A DNA stretch of 64,000 bases from Candidatus Sulfobium sp. (lineage in GTDB: Bacteria > Nitrospirota > Thermodesulfovibrionia > Thermodesulfovibrionales > UBA6898): assembly GCA_037380845.1 (NCBI GenBank), contig JARRRI010000004.1, forward strand, positions 52,252 to 116,251. Reading direction: 5' to 3'. Position 1 is the first letter of the stretch. Each line of letters starts with the position of its first letter. The notes under the pieces were generated by a model. It made no database searches. It saw only the letters and a program-made list of their open reading frames with translations, and had not been told where the DNA came from. Positions 60,431 to 64,000 of the stretch are shown piece by piece. The position numbers were made by a program, and so were the translations under genes.

Positions 60431-61415
60431 CACCTTTTCCCTGCTTGTCCTGGTGATAGTCCTCTCGACGGTCTTCGATTTTATAAACGGGTTTCACGAT
60501 ACTGCCAATGCTATCGCCACGTCGGTTTCCACAAGAGTCCTGTCCCCGAAGGCGGCCGTTGCCATGGCAGCGGTTTTGAACATGGTGGGGGCGCTCACCG
60601 GCACCGCTGTCGCGAAAACGGTCGGGGCGGGGCTGGTAGAGGCGTCCGTCGTTACCCAGGTCACTGTCATATCCGCACTCCTTGCCGCGATAATCTGGGA
60701 TGTATTCACCTGGTATTTCGGCCTTCCTACTTCTTCCAGCCACGCCATATTGTCGGCCCTCGTCGGGGCCGGGGTGGCCACGGCCGGGTCGGGCATCATC
60801 ATAATGAAAGGCGTTTACAAGATCCTTTTCGGGCTTTTTTTCTCTCCCATTGCCGGACTGATCCTGGGTTTTCTTCTGATGATGCTGCTATACAGGCTGT
60901 TTAAACACGTTTCGCCCTCCAGGGTCAACAAGACCTTTAACAAGCTCCAGGTGGTCTCGGCGGCCTACATGGCATTCAGCCACGGCAACAACGACGCCCA
61001 GAAGACGATGGGTATAGTCACGATGGCCCTTGTCAGTTACTATAAGCTCCCGACCTTTAATGTGCCGCTGTGGGTCATATTCCTCTGTGCGACTGCGATG
61101 GCCCTCGGGACCGCGCTGGGGGGCTGGAGGATCATAAAGACCCTCGGCGTGCGGCTGGTAAGCCTGAGACCGATTAACGGATTTGCCGCCGAGGCGGCCG
61201 CCGGCACGATCATAGAGATTGCCTCCAGGATCGGCCTGCCCCTTTCGACGACACATGTCATCTCCTCGACGGTCATGGGCGTGGGGGCCTCGAAGAGATT
61301 GTCCGCCGTGCGATGGGGCATCGGGAGCGATATCGTCGTCGCGTGGATCGTTACCCTCCCGGCCTGCGCCGCCCTCGCGTGGGTGATCTGCAAGACAGTG
61401 ATATTCCTGACCTGA
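60423..61415 (+). CDS. pit: PiT-family inorganic phosphate transporter
   Basis: NGFHDTANA, GLPTSSSHA, HGNNDAQK, GLPLSTTH. Confidence 0.93.
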   Translation: MHNTFSLLVLVIVLSTVFDFINGFHDTANAIATSVSTRVLSPKAAVAMAAVLNMVGALTGTAVAKTVGAGLVEASVVTQVTVISALLAAIIWDVFTWYFGLPTSSSHAILSALVGAGVATAGSGIIIMKGVYKILFGLFFSPIAGLILGFLLMMLLYRLFKHVSPSRVNKTFNKLQVVSAAYMAFSHGNNDAQKTMGIVTMALVSYYKLPTFNVPLWVIFLCATAMALGTALGGWRIIKTLGVRLVSLRPINGFAAEAAAGTIIEIASRIGLPLSTTHVISSTVMGVGASKRLSAVRWGIGSDIVVAWIVTLPACAALAWVICKTVIFLT

Positions 61416-61534
61416 TTGCCTGCCCGGCGCCCCCATTTTCAAGTCCGCGATTATCCGTCCTGCCTGCATTTCCGTCATCGGCCCGATGCTTTGCTTCCGG
61501 GCAATTGGGGGATATAATTCGGTAAGGCGAGACG

Positions 61535-61572
61535 GTAACGGAAATTTCACGTTGCTGTAACATTGTTGTAAC
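61535..61572 (+). promoter_or_regulatory. Pho-box-like phased direct repeats upstream of pstS
   Basis: GTAAC/TTCAC/GTAAC/GTAAC at 61535, 61546, 61557, 61568 (11 bp period). Confidence 0.7.
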
Positions 61573-61619
61573 AATAGTTGGTTATCCTTAATTAATCCGG
61601 GAATTTGAAAGGAGAAAGG

Positions 61620-62627
61620 ATGAAAAACTTTGTGCGATTGGCGGTTCTGTGTGCAGCGGTCCTCTTTTTCTCGACGTCCGAGGCGGCGGAGATCATCAAC
61701 GGAGCGGGCGCCTCTTTCCCCGCGCCGGTTTACCAGGCATGGGCATACGATTATAACCGGGCCACCGGCGCGCGGCTCAATTATCAGTCGATCGGCTCCG
61801 GCGGGGGGGTGAGGCAGATCACGAGCAGGACGGTGGATTTCGGTGCGTCGGACGCACCGGTAGAACCCCGGCTGCTGTCGAAAGAAAATCTTCTCCAGTT
61901 CCCGGCGGTTATCGGGGGTGTCGTCCCTGTCGTAAACATCAGGGGCATCAGGCCGGGCGCCATGAAACTGGATGCCGGCGCCCTCTGCAAAATATTCCTC
62001 GGGGATATCACCTCCTGGAACGACTCCGAAATAAAGAATCTCAATCCCGGTCTGGCCCTGCCGGCCGGCAGGATAACGGTTGTACACAGATCGGACGGTT
62101 CGGGCACGACCGCGATATTTACGAACTATCTGAGTGCGACCTGTCCCGCCTGGAAGGCCCATGTCGGAGAAGGCAAGGCGGTAAACTGGCCGGTGGGGAT
62201 AGGCGGCAAGGGCAACGAAGGGGTTGCCAATTATGTGAGGAGAAGACCGAACTCCATAGGGTATGTGGAATTCGCTTACGCGAAACAGAATAAGCTCGCT
62301 TACTGCAGCCTGAAGAACGCTGCGGGGGGCTTCGTGGAGCCGACTTTCAAGTCCTTCGAGGACGCTGCAGCATCCGCACATTTCGATCCGAAGAAGGGTT
62401 TTTACCTCTGGCTTACGGATGCGCCGGGAAAGAATTCCTGGCCTGTAGCAGGGGCGACGTTCATACTCCTTGCGAAGGAGAAGAAGACCGCGAATAAAAA
62501 GACCGTCCAATTTTTTGACTGGGCGTTCAGGAAGGGCGACAAAAGGGCCAGGGCCCTTGTCTATGTGCCCCTGCCGCCGTCCCTGAAGGCGAAGGTCAGG
62601 GCATACTGGAAGGCCAACGGCCTGTGA
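61620..62627 (+). CDS. pstS: Phosphate ABC transporter substrate-binding protein
   Basis: GAGASFP, YQSIGSGGG, DFGASD, RSDGSGTT. Confidence 0.96.
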   Translation: MKNFVRLAVLCAAVLFFSTSEAAEIINGAGASFPAPVYQAWAYDYNRATGARLNYQSIGSGGGVRQITSRTVDFGASDAPVEPRLLSKENLLQFPAVIGGVVPVVNIRGIRPGAMKLDAGALCKIFLGDITSWNDSEIKNLNPGLALPAGRITVVHRSDGSGTTAIFTNYLSATCPAWKAHVGEGKAVNWPVGIGGKGNEGVANYVRRRPNSIGYVEFAYAKQNKLAYCSLKNAAGGFVEPTFKSFEDAAASAHFDPKKGFYLWLTDAPGKNSWPVAGATFILLAKEKKTANKKTVQFFDWAFRKGDKRARALVYVPLPPSLKAKVRAYWKANGL

Positions 62628-62698
62628 CGTATCACGGCGGAGGGCAAGAGTGAGGCTGGATAGTACCGGTATCCCGCTGCGAAGGGGCGCGTGATCTG

Positions 62699-63640
62699 TT
62701 GGCTGCCCTGCGGACAAAAAATATCGGCGATTTTTCTTTTTCACTGGTTACCGCCCTAGCGTCTCTCACCGTCGCCCTGCTGATAGCCGGCATACTCGCG
62801 GTGCTCCTCCGGGAATCCTGGCCGGCGATAGAGAAATTCGGTGTTGCCCGCTTTCTGGCATCGACCGACTGGGACCCGGTTAAGCAGTCCTTCGGTGCGG
62901 CCACCACGATTTTCGGGACCTTTGTCACCACCTTCATCGCCCTCCTGATCGCGATACCCGCCGCAGTGGGCATCGCCATTTTCGTTACGGAGATATCCCC
63001 CAGCTTCCTGAAGGGTCCCATAGGCGTGGCAATAGAACTCCTGGCGGCCATACCGAGCATCATTTATGGAATGTGGGGCCTGTTCGCCCTGGCGCCGATC
63101 ATGTCGGAGCATATAGAACCGGCCCTTCAGGCCACGGTCGGGAAGCTGCCTCTCGTGGGGGTATTGTTCCAGGGGACACCCATGGGGATAGACCTCCTCA
63201 CGGCCAGCGTGATACTGAGCATAATGATCATACCCTTTACCGCCAGCATCTCCCGTGACTCTTTCCGGCTCACTCCGCCTGTGGTCAAGGAATCGGCCTA
63301 TGCCATGGGCGCGACGAGATGGGAGGTCGTTAAGAATGTGGTTCTTCCCTATTCCAAGCTGGGGGTATTCGGAGGGGTGGTGCTTTCCCTCGGCAGGGCG
63401 CTCGGCGAGACCATGGCCGTGGCCTTTGTGCTGGGCAACAACCATCAGATAACGTCTTCGCTCCTTGACGCAGCCGCAACCATCACCGTAACGCTCGCCA
63501 ACGAATTCACTGAAGCGGACACGGACATCTACCTTTCATCCCTCTTCTATCTGGCGCTTGTGCTCTTCGTGCTCAGCTTCATTATTCTCGCTATCGCGAA
63601 GATATTCCTGCTCCGGGCTGAAAGGAGATATTCGAGATGA
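62699..63640 (+). CDS. pstC: Phosphate ABC transporter permease
   Basis: ELLAAIPSIIYG, ESAYAMGATRWE, LGRALGETMAV. Confidence 0.94.
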   Translation: MAALRTKNIGDFSFSLVTALASLTVALLIAGILAVLLRESWPAIEKFGVARFLASTDWDPVKQSFGAATTIFGTFVTTFIALLIAIPAAVGIAIFVTEISPSFLKGPIGVAIELLAAIPSIIYGMWGLFALAPIMSEHIEPALQATVGKLPLVGVLFQGTPMGIDLLTASVILSIMIIPFTASISRDSFRLTPPVVKESAYAMGATRWEVVKNVVLPYSKLGVFGGVVLSLGRALGETMAVAFVLGNNHQITSSLLDAAATITVTLANEFTEADTDIYLSSLFYLALVLFVLSFIILAIAKIFLLRAERRYSR

Positions 63641-64000
63641 ACTACGAGAGGAGAAGAAAGGTGGAGAGTTTCATCGCCCTGTCTTTCAGCACCCTGGCGG
63701 CCGTCTTCGGGCTCTTCTGGCTGGTCTTCATCCTCGGTGATGTCCTTATCCACGGCATCGGGGCCCTCAGCCCCGGTTTGTTCACGCATGACCCGACCCC
63801 GCCGGGCATCGAGGGAGGGGGGCTGAGGAACGCCTTTGTCGGACAACTGCTGATCACTGCATGCGCGACGCTTATCGGCGTCCCGGTGGGCATACTCGGC
63901 GGCACGTTCCTGGCCGAATATGCCCGCGGCACCCGGTTTGCCAGGGTGATCAGCATACTTTCCGATATTATGGTGAGCGTGCCCTCCATAGTGATCGGTA
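63637..64000 (+). CDS. pstA: Phosphate ABC transporter permease, 3'-partial
   Basis: ATG overlaps pstC stop; GGGLRNAFVG, FLAEY, VPSIVIG; runs off window. Confidence 0.9.
   Translation, partial: MNYERRRKVESFIALSFSTLAAVFGLFWLVFILGDVLIHGIGALSPGLFTHDPTPPGIEGGGLRNAFVGQLLITACATLIGVPVGILGGTFLAEYARGTRFARVISILSDIMVSVPSIVIG

Noticed and set aside
60888..62744. 618 aa minus-strand ORF and other long antisense ORFs (1442-3127, 27810-29210, 37281-38531, 48886-50220, 50825-52099)
   Set aside because: They shadow well-identified genes on the opposite strand, carry no motifs and are expected in GC-rich coding DNA

Overview
A 64 kb chromosomal segment of a moderately GC-rich anaerobe with dissimilatory sulfur metabolism. 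Gene content resembles Nitrospirota/Thermodesulfovibrionia or Desulfobacterota (inference). In order: qmoA(partial)-qmoB-qmoC, a CBS protein, K+-independent H+-pyrophosphatase and a YkgJ Cys-cluster protein; trpE-trpG; tRNA-Gly/tRNA-Cys; a TPR-lytic transglycosylase; a ~12.5 kb accessory patch (GNAT, orphan binding proteins, tautomerase, HlyD-RbbA-YhhJ ABC exporter, ThDP enzyme, several gene relics); proA-nadD-rsfS-rlmH-lapAB-nif3; suhB; an archaeal-type ThrRS editing domain; tig-clpP-clpX; rpmB; infB-rbfA-DHH-truB; pilMNOPQ; aroC-aroK-aroB; phoR, DUF47-pit and pstSCA(partial). Best candidate for an undescribed system: a four-gene surface module between pilQ and aroC. It encodes a Cys-rich lipoprotein, an Ig/invasin-like lipoprotein, a subtilase with both an N-terminal lipobox and a GGGC-TM-basic C-terminal sorting signal, and an adjacent CPBP intramembrane protease (probable dedicated sortase). 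Other oddities: rsfS and pilM lack canonical in-frame start codons; aroC lacks its conserved PxGLG segment; a CDS ends inside the antisense strand of tRNA-Cys; there are two interspersed palindromic repeat families, candidate structured RNAs and phased Pho-like boxes with no phoB in the window. All family calls come from motif recognition by eye; no searches were run.
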